Of a DNA stretch of 64,000 nt, positions 11,301 to 26,938 are shown piece after piece. The notes beneath the pieces were generated by a model. It saw only the letters and a list, made by a program, of their open reading frames with translations, had not been told where the DNA came from and did not search any database. How positions within the stretch are numbered: the stretch's first letter is position 1; every line of letters begins with the position of its first letter. The stretch comes from Eledone cirrhosa. Lineage: Eukaryota. The position numbers were made by a program, and so were the translations under genes. Where the stretch lies: positions 1 to 64,000 of the forward strand of contig CAXHJY010000105.1 in assembly GCA_964016885.1 (NCBI GenBank). Direction: 5' to 3'.

Positions 11301-14300
11301 CTTCATTCCACTACTTTATAGGAAGTTACTAACACTCCTTCATTCCACTAATTTACAGGAAGTTACTAACACTCCTTCATTGCACTACTCTACAGGAAGT
11401 TACTAACACTCCTTCATTCCACTACTCTATAAGAAGTTACTAACACTCCTTCATTGCACTACTTTACAGGACGTTACTAACTCTCCTTCATTCCACTACT
11501 CTATAAGAAGTTACTAACACTCCTTCATTTCACTACTTTATAGAAAGTTACTAACACTCCTTCATTGCACTACTCTACAGGAAGTTACTAACACTCCCTC
11601 ATTCCACTACTTTATAGGAAGTTACTAACACTCCTTCATTGCACTACTCTACAGGAAGTTACTAACACTCCCTCATTCCACTACTCTACAGGAAGTTACT
11701 AACACTCCTTCATTCCACTACTCTACAGGAAGTTACTAACACTCCTTCATTCCACTACTTTATAGGAAGTTACTAACACTCCTTCATTCCACTAATTTAC
11801 AGGAAGTTACTAACACTCCTTCATTGCACTACTTTATAGGAAGTTACTAACACTCCTTCATTGCACTACTCTACAGGAAGTTACTAACACTCCTTCATTG
11901 CACTACTCTACAGGAAGTTACTAACACTCCTTCATTGCACTACTCTACAGGAAGTTATTAACACCCCTTCATTCCACTACTTTATAGGAAGTTACTAACA
12001 CTCCTTCATTGCACTACTCTACAGGAAGTTACTAACACTCCCTCATTCCACTACTCTACAGGAAGTTACTAACACTCCTTCATTCCACTACTCTACAGGA
12101 AGTTACTAACACTCCTTCATTCCACTACTTTATAGGAAGTTACTAACACTCCTTCATTCCACTAATTTACAGGAAGTTACTAACACTCCTTCATTGCACT
12201 ACTTTATAGGAAGTTACTAGCACTCCTTCATTCCACTACTTTACAGGACGTTACTAACACTCCTTCATTCCACTACTCTACAGGAAGTTACTAACACTCC
12301 TTCATTCCACTACTCTACAGGAAGTTATTAACACCCCTTCATTCCACTACTTTATAGGAAGTTACTAACACTCCTTCATTGCACTACTCTACAGGAAGTT
12401 ACTAACACTCCTTCATTGCACTACTTTATAGGAAGTTACAAACACTCCTTCATTGCACTACTTTATAGGAAGTTACAAACACTCCTTCATTCCACTACTT
12501 TACAGGAAGTTACTAACACTCCTTCATTCCACTACTCTACAGGAAGTTACTAACACTCCTTCATTCCACTACTCTACAGGAAGTTATTAACACCCCTTCA
12601 TTCCACTACTTTATAGGAAGTTACTAACACTCCTTCATTGCACTACTCTACAGGAAGTTACTAACACTCCTTCATTCCACTACTTTATAGGAAGTTACTA
12701 ACACTCCTTCATTGCACTACTCTACAGGAAGTTACTAACACCCCTTCATTCCACTACTTTATAGGAAGTTACTAACACTCCTTCATTGCACTACTCTACA
12801 GGAAGTTACTAACACTCCTTCATTGCACTACTCTACAGGAAGTTACTAACACTCCTTCATTCCACTACTCTACAGGAAGTTACTAACACTCCTTCATTGC
12901 ACTACTTTATAGGAAGTTACAAACACTCCTTCATTCCACTACTTTACAGGAAGTTACTAACACTCCTTCATTCCACTACTTTACAGGAAGTTACTAACAC
13001 TCCTTCATTCCACTACTTTACAGGAAGTTACAAACACTCCTTCATTGCACTACTCTACAGGAAGTTACTAACACTCCTTCATTCCACTACTTTACAGGAA
13101 GTTACTAACACTCCTTCATTCCACTACTTTACAGGAAGTTACTAACACTCCTTCATTCCACTACTTTACAGGAAGTTACAAACACTCCTTCATTGCACTA
13201 CTCTACAGGAAGTTACTAACACTCCTTCATTCCACTACTTTACAGGAAGTTACTAACACTCCTTCATTCCACTACTTTACAGGAAGTTACTAGCACTCCT
13301 TCATTGCACTACTTTACAGGAAGTTACTAACACTCCTTCATTGCACTACTCTACAGGAAGTTACTAACACTCCTTCATTCCACTACTTTACAGGAAGTTA
13401 CTAACACTCCTTCATTCCACTACTTTACAGGAAGTTACAAACACTCCTTCATTGCACTACTCTACAGGAAGTTACTAACACTCCTTCATTCCACTACTTT
13501 ACAGGAAGTTACTAACACTCCTTCATTCCACTACTTTATAGGAAGTTACTAACACTCCTTCATTCCACTACTTTACAGGAAGTTACTAACACTCCTTCAT
13601 TCCACTACTCTATATTAAGTTACTAACACTCCTTCATTCCACTACTTTACAGGAAGTTACTAGCACTCCTTCATTGCACTACTTTACAGGAAGTTACTAG
13701 CACTCCTTCATTGCACTACTCTACAGGAAGTTACAAACACTCCTTCATTCCACTACTCTACAGGAAGTTACTAACACTCCTTCATTGCACTACTCTACAG
13801 GAAGTTACTAACACTCCTTCATTCCACTACTCTACAGGAAGTTACTAACACTCCTTCATTGCACTACTTTACAGGAAGTTACTAACACTCCTTCATTCCA
13901 CTACTTTATAGGAAGTTACTAACACTCCTTCATTCCACTACTTTACAGGAATTTACTAACACTCCTTCATTCCACTACTTTATAGGAAGTTACTAACACT
14001 CCTTCATTCCACTACTCTACAGGAAGTTACTAACACTCCTTCATTCCACTACTCTACAGGAAGTTACTAACACTCCTTCATTCCACTACTTTATAGGAAG
14101 TTACTAACACTCCTTCATTGCACTACTTTACAGGAAGTTATTAAACACTCCTTCATTCCACTACTCTACAGGAAGTTACTAACACTCCTTCATTCCACTA
14201 CTCTACAGGAAGTTACTAACACTCCTTCATTCCACTACTCTACAGGAAGTTACTAACACTCCTTCATTCCACTACTCTATAGGAAGTTACTAACACTCCT

Positions 14301-16563
14301 TCATTCCACGACTTTATAGGAAGTTACTAACACTCCTTCATTCCACTACTTTACAGGAAGTTACTAACACTCCTTCATTCCACTACTTTACAGGAAGTTA
14401 CTAACACTCCTTCATTCCACTACTTTACAGGAAGTTACTAACACTCCTTCTTTCCACTACTTTACAGGAAGTTACTAACACTCCTTCATTCCACTACTTT
14501 ACAGGAAGTTACTAACACTCCTTCATTCAACTACTCTACAGGAAGTTACTAACACTCATTCATTGCACTACTTTATAGGAAGTTACTAACACTCCTTCAT
14601 TGCACTACTTTATAGAAAGTTACTAACACTCCTTCATTGCACTACTCTACAGGAAGTTACTAACACTCCTTCATTCCACTACTTTATAGGAAGTTACTAA
14701 CACTCCTTCATTGCACTACTTTATAGAAAGTTACTAACACTCCTTCATTGCACTACTCTACAGGAAGTTACTAACACTCCTTCATTGCACTACTCTACAG
14801 GAAGTTACTAACACTCCTTCATTGCACTACTCTACAGGAAGTTACTAACACTCCTTCATTCCACTACTTTATAGAAAGTTACTAACACTCTTTCATTGCA
14901 CTACTCTACAGGAAGTTACGAACACTCCTGCATTCCACTACTTTACAGGAAGTTACTAACACTCTTTCATTCCACTACTTTATAGGAAGTTACTAACACT
15001 CCTTCATTGCACTACTCTACAGGAAGTTACTAACACTCCTTCATTCCACTACTCTACAGGAAGTTACTAACACTCCTTCATTCCACTACTTTATAGGAAG
15101 TTACTAACACTCCTTCATTGCACTACTCTACAGGAAGTTACTAACACTCCTTCATTGCACTACTCTACAGGAAGTTACTAACACTCCTTCATTGCACTAC
15201 TCTACAGGAAGTTATTAACACCCCTTCATTCCACTACTTTATAGGAAGTTACTAACACTCCTTCATTGCACTACTCTACAGGAAGTTACTAACACTCCCT
15301 CATTCCACTACTCTACAGGAAGTTACTAACACTCCTTCATTCCACTACTCTACAGGAAGTTACTAACACTCCTTCATTCGACTACTTTATAGGAAGTTAC
15401 TAACACTCCTTCATTCCACTAATTTACAGGAAGTTACTAACACTCCTTCATTGCACTACTTTACAGGACGTTACTAACTCTCCTTCATTCCACTACTCTA
15501 CAGGAAGTTATTAACACCCCTTCATTCCACTACTTTATAGGAAGTTACTAACACTCCTTCATTGCACTACTCTACAGGAAGTTACTAACACTCCCTCATT
15601 CCACTACTCTACAGGAAGTTACTAACACTCCTTCATTCCACTACTCTACAGGAAGTTACTAACACTCCTTCATTCCACTACTTTATAGGAAGTTACTAAC
15701 ACTCCTTCATTCCACTAATTTACAGGAAGTTACTAACACTCCTTCATTGCACTACTCTACAGGAAGTTACTAACACTCCTTCATTCCACTACTTTACAGG
15801 AAGTTACTAACACTCCTTCATTCCACTACTTTACAGGAAGTTACAAACACTCCTTCATTGCACTACTCTACAGGAAGTTACTAACACTCCTTCATTCCAC
15901 TACTTTATAGGAAGTTACTAACACTCCTTCATTGCACTACTTTACAGGAAGTTACTAACACTCCTTCATTCCACTACTCTACAGGAAGTTACTAACACTC
16001 CTTCATTGCACTACTCTACAGGAAGTTACTAACACTCCTTCTTTCCACTACTTTACAGGAAGTTACTAACACTCCTTCATTCCACGAATTTACAGGAAGT
16101 TAATAACACTCCTTCATTCCACTACTTTATAGGAAGTTACTAACACTCCTTCATTCCACTACTTTATAGGAAGTTACTAACACTCCTTCATTCCACTACT
16201 CTACAGGAAGTTACTAACACTCCTTCATTCCACTACTTTACAGGAAGTTACTAACACTCCTTCATTCCACTACTTTATAGGAAGTTACTAACACTCCTTC
16301 ATTCCACTACTTTACAGGAATTTACTAACACTCCTTCATTCCACTACTTTATAGGAAGTTACTAACACTCCTTCATTCCACTACTTGATAGGAAGTTACT
16401 AACACTCCTTCATTCCACTACTTTATAGTAAGTTACTAACACTCCTTCATTCCACTACTCTCTAGCAAGTTACTAACACTCCTTCATTCCACTACTTTAT
16501 AGGAAGTTACTAACACTCCTTCATTCCACTACTTTATAGGAAGTTACTAACACTCCTTCATTG

Positions 16564-19500
16564 CACTACTTTATAGGAAGTTACTAACACTCCTTCATTC
16601 CACTACTTTATAGGAAGTTACTAACACTCCTCCATTGCACTACTTTATAGGAAGTTACTAACACTCCTTCATTGCACTACTTTATAGGAAGTTACTAACA
16701 CTCCTTCATTGCACTACTTTATAGGAAGTTACTAACACTCCTTCATTCAACTACTCTACAGGAAGTTACTAACACTCATTCATTGCACTACTTTATAGGA
16801 AGTTACTAACACTCCTTCATTGCACTACTTTATAGAAAGTTACTAACACTCCTTCATTGCACTACTCTACAGGAAGTTACTAACACTCCTTCATTCCACT
16901 ACTTTATAGGAAGTTACTAACACTCCTTCATTGCACTACTTTATAGAAAGTTACTAACACTCTTTCATTGCACTACTCTACAGGAAGTTACTAACACTCC
17001 TTCATTCCACTACTCTACAGGAAGTTACTAACACTCCTTCATTCCACTACTTTATAAGAAGTTACTAACACTCCTTCATTGCACTAATTATAGGAAGTTA
17101 CTAACAGTCCTTCATTCCACTACTTTACAGGAAGTTACTAACACTCCTTCATTCCACTACTTTATAGGAAGTTACTAACACTCCTTAATTCCACTACTTT
17201 ACTGGAAGTTACTAACACTCCTTCATTGCACTACTTTATAGGAAGTTACTAACACTCCTTCATTCCACTACTTTACAGGAAGTTACTAACACTCCTTCAT
17301 TGCACTACTTTATAGGAAGTTACTAACACTCCTTCATTCCACTACTTTACAGGAAGTTACTAACACTCCTTCATTCCACTACTTTATAGGAAGTTACTAA
17401 CACTCCTTCATTGCACTACTTTATAGGAAGTTACTAACACTCCTTCATTCCACTACTTTACAGGAAGTTACTAACACTCCTTCATTGCACTACTTTACAG
17501 GAAGTTACTAACACTCCTTCATTCCACTACTTTATAGGAAGTTACTAACACTCCTCCATTGCACTACTTTACAGCAAGTTACTAACACTCCTTCATTCCA
17601 CTACTTTACAGGAAGTTACTAACACTCCTTCATTGCACTACTTTACAGGAAGTTACTAACACTCCTTCATTCCACTACTTTACAGGAAGTTACTAACACT
17701 CCTTCATTGCACTACTTTACAGGAAGTTACTAACACCCCTTCATTCCACTACTTTATAGGAAGTTACTAACACTCCTTCATTCCACTACTTTACATGAGG
17801 TTACTAACACTCCTTCATTGCACTACTTTATAGGAAGTTACTAACACTCCTTCATTCCACTACTCTACAGGAAGTTACTAACACTCTTTCATTCCACTAC
17901 TTTATAGGAAGTTACTAACACTCCTTCATTCCACTACTTTACAGGTAGTTACGAACACTCCTGCATTCCACTACTTTATAGGAAGTTACTAACACTCCTT
18001 CATTCTACTACTTTACAGGAAGTTACTAACACTCTTTCATTCCACTACTTTATAGGAAGTTACTAACACTCCTTCATTGCACTACTCTACAGGAAGTTAC
18101 TAACACTCCTTCATTCCACTACTTTAGAGGAAGTTACTAACACTCCTTCATTCCACTACTTTACAGGAAGTTACTAACACTCCTTCATTGCACTAATCCA
18201 CAGGAAGTTACTAACACTCCTTCATTACACTACTTTATAGGAAGTTACTAACACTCCTTCATTCCACTACTTTATAGGAAGTTACTAACACTCCTTCATT
18301 CCACTACTTTATAGGAAGTTACTAACACTCCTCCATTGCACTACTTTATAGGAAGTTACTAACACTCCTTCATTGCACTACTTTATAGGAAGTTACTAAC
18401 ACTCCTTCATTGCACTACTTTATAGGAAGTTACTAACACTCCTTCATTCAACTACTCTACAGGAAGTTACTAACACTCATTCATTGCACTACTTTATAGG
18501 AAGTTACTAACACTCCTTCATTGCACTACTTTATAGAAAGTTACTAACACTCCTTCATTGCACTACTCTACAGGAAGTTACTAACACTCCTTCATTCCAC
18601 TACTTTATAGGAAGTTACTAACACTCCTTCATTGCACTACTTTATAGAAAGTTACTAACACTCCTTCATTGCACTACTCTACAGGAAGTTACTAACACTC
18701 CTTCATTCCACTACTCTACAGGAAGTTACTAACACCCCTTCATTCCACTACTTTATAAGAAGTTACTAACACTCCTTCATTGCACTAATTATAGGAAGTT
18801 ACTAACAGTCCTTCATTCCACTACTTTACAGGAAGTTACTAACACTCCTTCATTCCACTACTTTATAGGAAGTTAGTAACACTCCTTAATTCCACTACTT
18901 TACTGGAAGTTACTAACACTCCTTCATTGCACTACTTTATAGGAAGTTACTAACACTCCTTCATTCCACTACTTTACAGGAAGTTACTAACACTCCTTCA
19001 TTGCACTACTTTATAGGAAGTTACTAACACTCCTTCATTCCACTACTTTACAGGAAGTTACTAACACTCCTTCATTCCACTACTTTATAGGAAGTTACTA
19101 ACACTCCTTCATTGCACTACTTTATAGGAAGTTACTAACACTCCTTCATTCCAATACTTTACAGGAAGTTACTAACACTCCTTCATTGCACTACTTTACA
19201 GGAAGTTACTAACACTCCTTCATTCCACTACTTTATAGGAAGTTACTAACACTCCTCCATTGCACTACTTTACAGGAAGTTACTAACACTCCTTCATTCC
19301 ACTACTTTACAGGAAGTTACTAACACTCCTTCATTGCACTACTTTACAGGAAGTTACTAACACTCCTTCATTCCACTACTTTACAGGAAGTTACTAACAC
19401 TCCTTCATTGCACTACTTTACAGGAAGTTACTAACACCCCTTCATTCCACTACTTTATAGGAAGTTACTAACACTCCTTCATTCCACTACTTTACATGAG

Positions 19501-20012
19501 GTTACTAACACTCCTTCATTGCACTACTTTATAGGAAGTTACTAACACTCCTTCATTCCACTACTCTACAGGAAGTTACTAACACTCTTTCATTCCACTA
19601 CTTTATAGGAAGTTACTAACACTCCTTCATTCCACTACTTTACAGGTAGTTACGAACACTCCTGCATTCCACTACTTTATAGGAAGTTACTAACACTCCT
19701 TCATTCTACTACTTTACAGGAAGTTACTAACACTCTTTCATTCCACTACTTTATAGGAAGTTACTAACACTCCTTCATTGCACTACTCTACAGGAAGTTA
19801 CTAACACTCCTTCATTCCACTACTTTAGAGGAAGTTACTAACACTCCTTCATTCCACTACTTTACAGGAAGTTACTAACACTCCTTCATTGCACTAATCC
19901 ACAGGAAGTTACTAACACTCCTTCATTACACTACTTTATAGGAAGTTACTAACACTCCTTCATTCCACTACTTTATAGGAAGTTACTAACACTCCTTCAT
20001 TCCACTACTTTA
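16564..20012 (+). repeat. 1,701-bp (46-monomer) tandem duplication
   Basis: CTTCATTCAA at 16741/18442 and GTAGTTACGAACACTCCTGC at 17945/19646, both +1701 (46x37-1). Repeated again inside copy 2 at +16750. Confidence 0.9.
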
Positions 20013-20199
20013 CAGGAAGTTACTAACACGCCTTCATTGCACTACTCTACAGGAAGTTACTAGCACTCCTTCATTCCACTACTCTACAGGAAGTTACTAA
20101 CACTCCTTCATTCCACTACTCTATAGGAAGTTACTAACACTCCTTCATTCCACTACTTTACAGGAAGTTACTAACACTCTTTCATTGCACTACTCTACA

Positions 20200-23100
20200 G
20201 GAAGTTACTAACACTCCTTCATTCCACTACTCTACAGGAAGTTACTAACACTCCTTCATTCCACTACTTTACAGAAAGTTATTAACACTCCTTCATTCCA
20301 CTACTTTATAGGAAGTTACTAACAGTCTTTCATTCCACTACTTTATAGGAAGTTACTAACACTCCTTCATTCCACTACTTTACAGGTAGTTACTAACACT
20401 CCTTCATTCCACTACTTTACAGGAAGTTACTAACACTCCTTCATTCCACTACTCTACAGGAAGTTACTAACACTCCATTCCACTACTTTACAGGAAGTTA
20501 CTAACACTCCTTCATTCCACTACTTTACAGGAAGTTACTAACTCTCTTTCATTCCACTACTTTATAGGAAGTTACTAACACTCCTTCATTCCACTACTTT
20601 ATAGGAAGTTACTAACACTCCTTCATTGCACTACTTTATAGGAAGTTACTAACACTCCTTCATTCCACTACTTTACAGGAAGTTAGTAACACTCCTTCAT
20701 TGCACAACTTTACAGGAAGTTACTAACACTCCTTCATTCCAGTACTTTATAGGAAGTTACTAACACTCCTTCATTGCACTACTTTATAGGAAGTTACTAA
20801 CACTCCTTCATTCCACTACTTTATAGGAAGTTACTAACACTCCTTCATTGTACTACTTTACAGGAAGTTACTAACACTCCTTCATTCCACTACTTTACAG
20901 GAAGTTACTAACACTCCTTCATTCCACTACTTTATAGGAAGTTACTAACACTCCTTCATTCCACTACTCTATAGGTAGTTACTAACACTCTTTCATTCCA
21001 CTACTTTATAGGAAGTTACTAACACTCCTTCATTCCACTACTTTACAGGAAGTTACTAACATTCCTTCATTCCACTACTTTATAGGAAGTTACTAACACC
21101 CCTTCATCCCACTACTCTACAGGAAGTTACTAACACTCCTTCATTGCACTACTTTATAGGAAGTTACTAACACTCCTTCATTCCACTACTTTACATGAAG
21201 TTACTAACACTCCTTCATTCCACTACTTTACAGGAAGTTACTAACACTCTTTCATTCCACTACTTTATAGGAAGTTACTAACACTCCTTCATTCCACTAC
21301 TTTACAGGAAGTTACTAACACTCCTTCATTGCACTACTTTATAGGAAGTTACTAACACTCCTTCATTCCACTACTTTACAGGAAGTTACTAACACTCCTT
21401 CATTCCACTACTTTATAGGAAGTTACTAACACTCCTTCATTCCACTACTTTACAGGAAGTTACTAACACTCCTTCATTGCACTACTTTATAGGAAGTTAC
21501 TAACACTCCTTCATTCCACTACTTTACAGGAAGTTACTAACACTCCTTCATTCCACTACTTTACAGGAAGTTACTAACACTCCTTCATTCCACTACTTTA
21601 CAGGAAGTTACTAACACTCCTTCATTCCACTACTTTATAGGAAGTTACTAACACTCCTTCATTCCACTACTTTACAGGAAGTTACTAACACTCCTTCATT
21701 GCACTAATTATAGGAAGTTACTAACAGTCCTTCATTCCACTACTTTACAGGAAGTTACTAACACTCCTTCATTCCACTACTTTATAGGAAGTTACTAACA
21801 CTCCTTAATTCCACTACTTTACTGGAAGTTACTAACACTCCTTCATTGCACTACTTTATAGGAAGTTACTAACACTCCTTCATTCCACTACTTTACAGGA
21901 AGTTACTAACACTCCTTCATTGCACTACTTTATAGGAAGTTACTAACCCTCCTTCATTCCACTACTTTACAGGAAGTTACTAACACTCCTTCATTCCACT
22001 ACTTTATAGGAAGTTACTAACACTCCTTCATTGCACTACTTTATAGGAAGTTACTAACACTCCTTCATTCCACTACTTTACAGGAAGTTACTAACACTCC
22101 TTCATTGCACTACTTTACAGGAAGTTACTAACACTCCTTCATTCCACTACTTTATAGGAAGTTACTAACACTCCTCCATTGCACTACTTTACAGGAAGTT
22201 ACTAACACTCCTTCATTCCACTACTTTACAGGAAGTTACTAACACTCCTTCATTGCACTACTTTACAGGAAGTTACTAACACTCCTTCATTCCACTACTT
22301 TACAGGAAGTTACTAACACTCTTTCATTGCACTACTTTACAGGAAGTTACTAACACTCCTTCATTCCACTACTTTACAGGAAGTTACTAACACTCCTTCA
22401 TTGCACTACTTTATAGGAAGTTACTAACACTCCTTCATTCCACTACTTTACAGGAAGTTACTAACACTCCTTCATTCCACTACTTTATAGGAAGTTACTA
22501 ACACTCCTTCATTCCACTACTCTATAGGAAGTTACTATCACTCTTTCATTCCACTACTTTATAGGAAGTTACTAACACTCCTTCATTCCACTACTTACAG
22601 GAAGTTACTAACACTCCTTCATTCCACTACTTTATAGGAAGTTACTAACACTCCTTCATTCCACTACTTTATAGGAAGTTACTAACACTCCTTCATTGCA
22701 CTACTCTATAGGAAGTTACTAACACTCCTTCATTCCACTACTTTACAGGAAGTTACTAACACTCCTTCACTCAACTACTTTATAGGAAGTTACTAACACT
22801 CCTTCATTCCACTACTTTACAGGAAGTTACTAACACTCCTTCATTGCACTACTTTATAGGAAGTTACTAACACTCCTTCATTCCACTACTTTACAGGAAG
22901 TTACTAACACTCCTTCATTCCACTACTTTATAGGAAGTTACTAACACTCCTTCATTCCACTACTTTACAGGAAGTTACTAACACTCCTTCATTGCACTAC
23001 TTTATAGGAAGTTACTAACACTCCTTCATTCCACTACTTTACAGGAAGTTACTAACACTCCTTCATTCCACTACTTTATAGGAAGTTACTAACACTCCTT

Positions 23101-26100
23101 CATTCCACTACTCTACAGGAAGTTACTAACACCCCTTCATTCCACTACTTTATAAGAAGTTACTAACACTCCTTCATTCCACTACTCTACAGGAAGTTAC
23201 TAACACCCCTTCATTCCACTACTTTATAAGAAGTTACTAACACTCCTTCATTCCACTACTCTACAGGAAGTTACTAACACTCCTTCATTCCACTACTTTA
23301 TAGGAAGTTACTAACACTCCTTCATTCCACTACTCTACAGGAAGTTACTAACACTCCTTCATTCCACTACTTTACAGAAAGTTATTAACACTCCTTCATT
23401 CCACTACTTTATAGGAAGTTACTAACAGTCTTTCATTCCACTACTTTATAGGAAGTTACTAACACTCCTTCATTCCACTACTTTACAGGAAGTTACTAAC
23501 ACTCCTTCATTCCACTACTCTACAGGTAGTTACTAACACTCCTTCATTCCACTACTTTACAGGAAGTTACTAACACTCCTTCATTCCACTACTCTACAGG
23601 AAGTTACTAACACTCCATTCCACTACTTTACAGGAAGTTACTAACACTCCTTCATTCCACTACTTTACAGGAAGTTACTAACTCTCTTTCATTCCACTAC
23701 TTTATAGGAAGTTACTAACACTCCTTCATTCCACTACTTTATAGGAAGTTACTAACACTCCTTCATTGCACTACTTTATAGGAAGTTACTAACACTCCTT
23801 CATTCCACTACTTTACAGGAAGTTAGTAACACTCCTTCATTGCACAACTTTACAGGAAGTTACTAACACTCCTTCATTCCAGTACTTTATAGGAAGTTAC
23901 TAACACTCCTTCATTCCACTACTTTATAGGAAGTTACTAACACTCCTTCATTGTACTACTTTACAGGAAGTTACTAACTCTCTTTCATTCCACTACTTTA
24001 TAGGAAGTTACTAACACTCCTTCATTCCACTACTTTATAGGAAGTTACTAACACTCCTTCATTGCACTACATTATAGGAAGTTACTAACACTCCTTCATT
24101 CCACTACTTTATAGGAAGTTACTAACACTCCTTCATTGTACTACTTTACAGGAAGTTACTAACACTCCTTCATTCCACTACTTTACAGGAAGTTACTAAC
24201 ACTCCTTCATTCCACTACTTTATAGGAAGTTACTAACACTCCTTCATTCCACTACTCTATAGGTAGTTACTAACACTCTTTCATTCCACTACTTTATAGG
24301 AAGTTACTAACACTCCTTCATTCCACTACTTTACAGGAAGTTACTAACATTCCTTCATTCCACTACTTTATAGGAAGTTACTAACACTCCTTCATTCCAC
24401 TACTTTATAGGAAGTTACTAACACTCCTTCATTGCACTACTTTATAGGAAGTTACTAACACTCCTTCATTCCACTACTTTACATGAAGTTACTAACACTC
24501 CTTCATTCCACTACTTTACAGGAAGTTACTAACACTCCTTCATTCCACTACTTTATAGGAAGTTACTAACACTCCTTCATTCCACTACTTTACAGGAAGT
24601 TACTAACACTCCTTCATTGCACTACTTTATAGGAAGTTACTAACACTCCTTCATTCCACTACTTTACAGGAAGTTACTAACACTCCTTCATTCCACTACT
24701 TTATAGGAAGTTACTAACACTCCTTCATTCCACTACTTTACAGGAAGTTACTAACACTCCTTCATTGCACTACTTTATAGGAAGTTACTAACACTCCTTC
24801 ATTCCACTACTTTACAGGAAGTTACTAACACTCCTTCATTCCACTACTTTACAGGAAATTACTAACACTCCTTCATTCCACTACTTTACAGGAAGTTACT
24901 AACACTCCTTCATTCCACTACTTTATAGGAAGTTACTAACACTCCTTCATTCCACTACTTTACAGGAAGTTACTAACACTCCTTCATTGCACTAATTATA
25001 GGAAGTTACTAACAGTCCTTCATTCCACTACTTTACAGGAAGTTACTAACACTCCTTCATTCCACTACTTTATAGGAAGTTACTAACACTCCTTAATTCC
25101 ACTACTTTACTGGAAGTTACTAACACTCCTTCATTGCACTACTTTATAGGAAGTTACTAACACTCCTTCATTCCACTACTTTACAGGAAGTTACTAACAC
25201 TCCTTCATTGCACTACTTTATAGGAAGTTACTAACACTCCTTCATTCCACTACTTTACAGGAAGTTACTAACACTCCTTCATTCCACTACTTTATAGGAA
25301 GTTACTAACACTCCTTCATTGCACTACTTTATAGGAAGTTACTAACACTCCTTCATTCCACTACTTTACAGGAAGTTACTAACACTCCTTCATTGCACTA
25401 CTTTACAGGAAGTTACTAACACTCCTTCATTCCACTACTTTATAGGAAGTTACTAACACTCCTCCATTGCACTACTTTACAGGAAGTTACTAACACTCCT
25501 TCATTGCACTACTTTATAGGAAGTTACTAACACTCCTTCATTCCACTACTTTACAGGAAGTTACTAACACTCCTTCATTCCACTACTTTATAGGAAGTTA
25601 CTAACACTCCTTCATTCCACTACTCTATAGGAAGTTACTATCACTCTTTCATTCCACTACTTTATAGGAAGTTACTAACACTCCTTCATTCCACTACTTA
25701 CAGGAAGTTACTAACACTCCTTCATTCCACTACTTTATAGGAAGTTACTAACACTCCTTCATTCCACTACTTTATAGGAAGTTACTAACACTCCTTCATT
25801 GCACTACTTTATAGGAAGTTACTAACACTCCTTCATTCCACTACTTTACAGGAAGTTACTAACACTCCTTCACTCCACTACTTTATAGGAAGTTACTAAC
25901 ACTCCTTCATTCCACTACTTTACAGGAAGTTACTAACACTCCTTCATTGCACTACTTTATAGGAATTTACTAACACTCCTTCATTCCACTACTTTACAGG
26001 AAGTTACTAACACTCCTTCATTCCACTACTTTATAGGAAGTTACTAACACTCCTTCATTCCACTACTTTACAGGAAGTTACTAACACTCCTTCATTGCAC

Positions 26101-26400
26101 TACTTTATAGGAAGTTACTAACACTCCTTCATTCCACTACTTTACAGGAAGTTACTAACACTCCTTCATTCCACTACTTTATAGGAAGTTACTAACACTC
26201 CTTCATTCCACTACTCTACAGGAAGTTACTAACACCCCTTCATCCCACTACTTTATAAGAAGTTACTAACACTCCTTCATTCCACTACTCTACAGGAAGT
26301 TACTAACACCCCTTCATTCCACTACTTTATAAGAAGTTACTAACACTCCTTCATTCCACTACTATACAGGAAGTTACTAACACTCCTTCATTCCACTACT
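20200..26400 (+). repeat. Diverged ~3.1-3.3 kb tandem duplication
   Basis: Marker pairs ACAGAAAGTTATT 20271/23374 (+3103), CACTCCATTC 20471/23611 (+3140), ACATGAAG 21193/24481 (+3288), GTTACTATCA 22531/25634 (+3103). Offsets differ by whole monomers. Confidence 0.85.
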
Positions 26401-26938
26401 TTATAGGAAGTTACTAACACTCCTTCATTCCACTACTTTATAGGAAGTTACTAACACTCCTTCATTCCACTACTTTACAGGAAGTTACTAACACTCCTTC
26501 ATTGCACTATTCTACAGGAAGTTACTAGCACTCCTTCATTCCACTACTCTACAGGAAGTTACTAACACTCCTTCATTCCACTACTTTATAGGAAGTTACT
26601 AACACTCCTTCATTCCACTACTTTACAGGAAGTTACTAACACTCCTTCATTGCACTACTTTACAGGAAGTTACTAACACTCCTTCATTCCACTACTTTAT
26701 AGGAAGTTACTAACACTCCTTCATTGCACTACTTTACAGGAAGTTACTAACACTCCTTCATTCCACTACTTTATAGGAAGTTACTAACACTCCTTCATTG
26801 CACTACTTTACAGGAAGTTACTAACACTCCTTCATTCCACTACTTTATAGTAAGTTACTAACACTCCTTCATTGCACTACTTTACAGGAAGTTACTAACA
26901 CTCCTTCATTCCACTACTTTATAGGAAGTTACTAACAC

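Larger units (their letters stand above)
10120..26938 (+). repeat. Copy 1 of a 16,787-bp (454-monomer) tandem duplication
   Basis: Rare markers repeat at fixed offsets: TATATTAAG 13611/30398 (+16787); ORF starts 12897/29684 (+16787); TCTAGCAAG 16461/33211 (+16750, after loss of one monomer). 454x37 minus the net 11 bp of visible indels equals 16787. Confidence 0.92.
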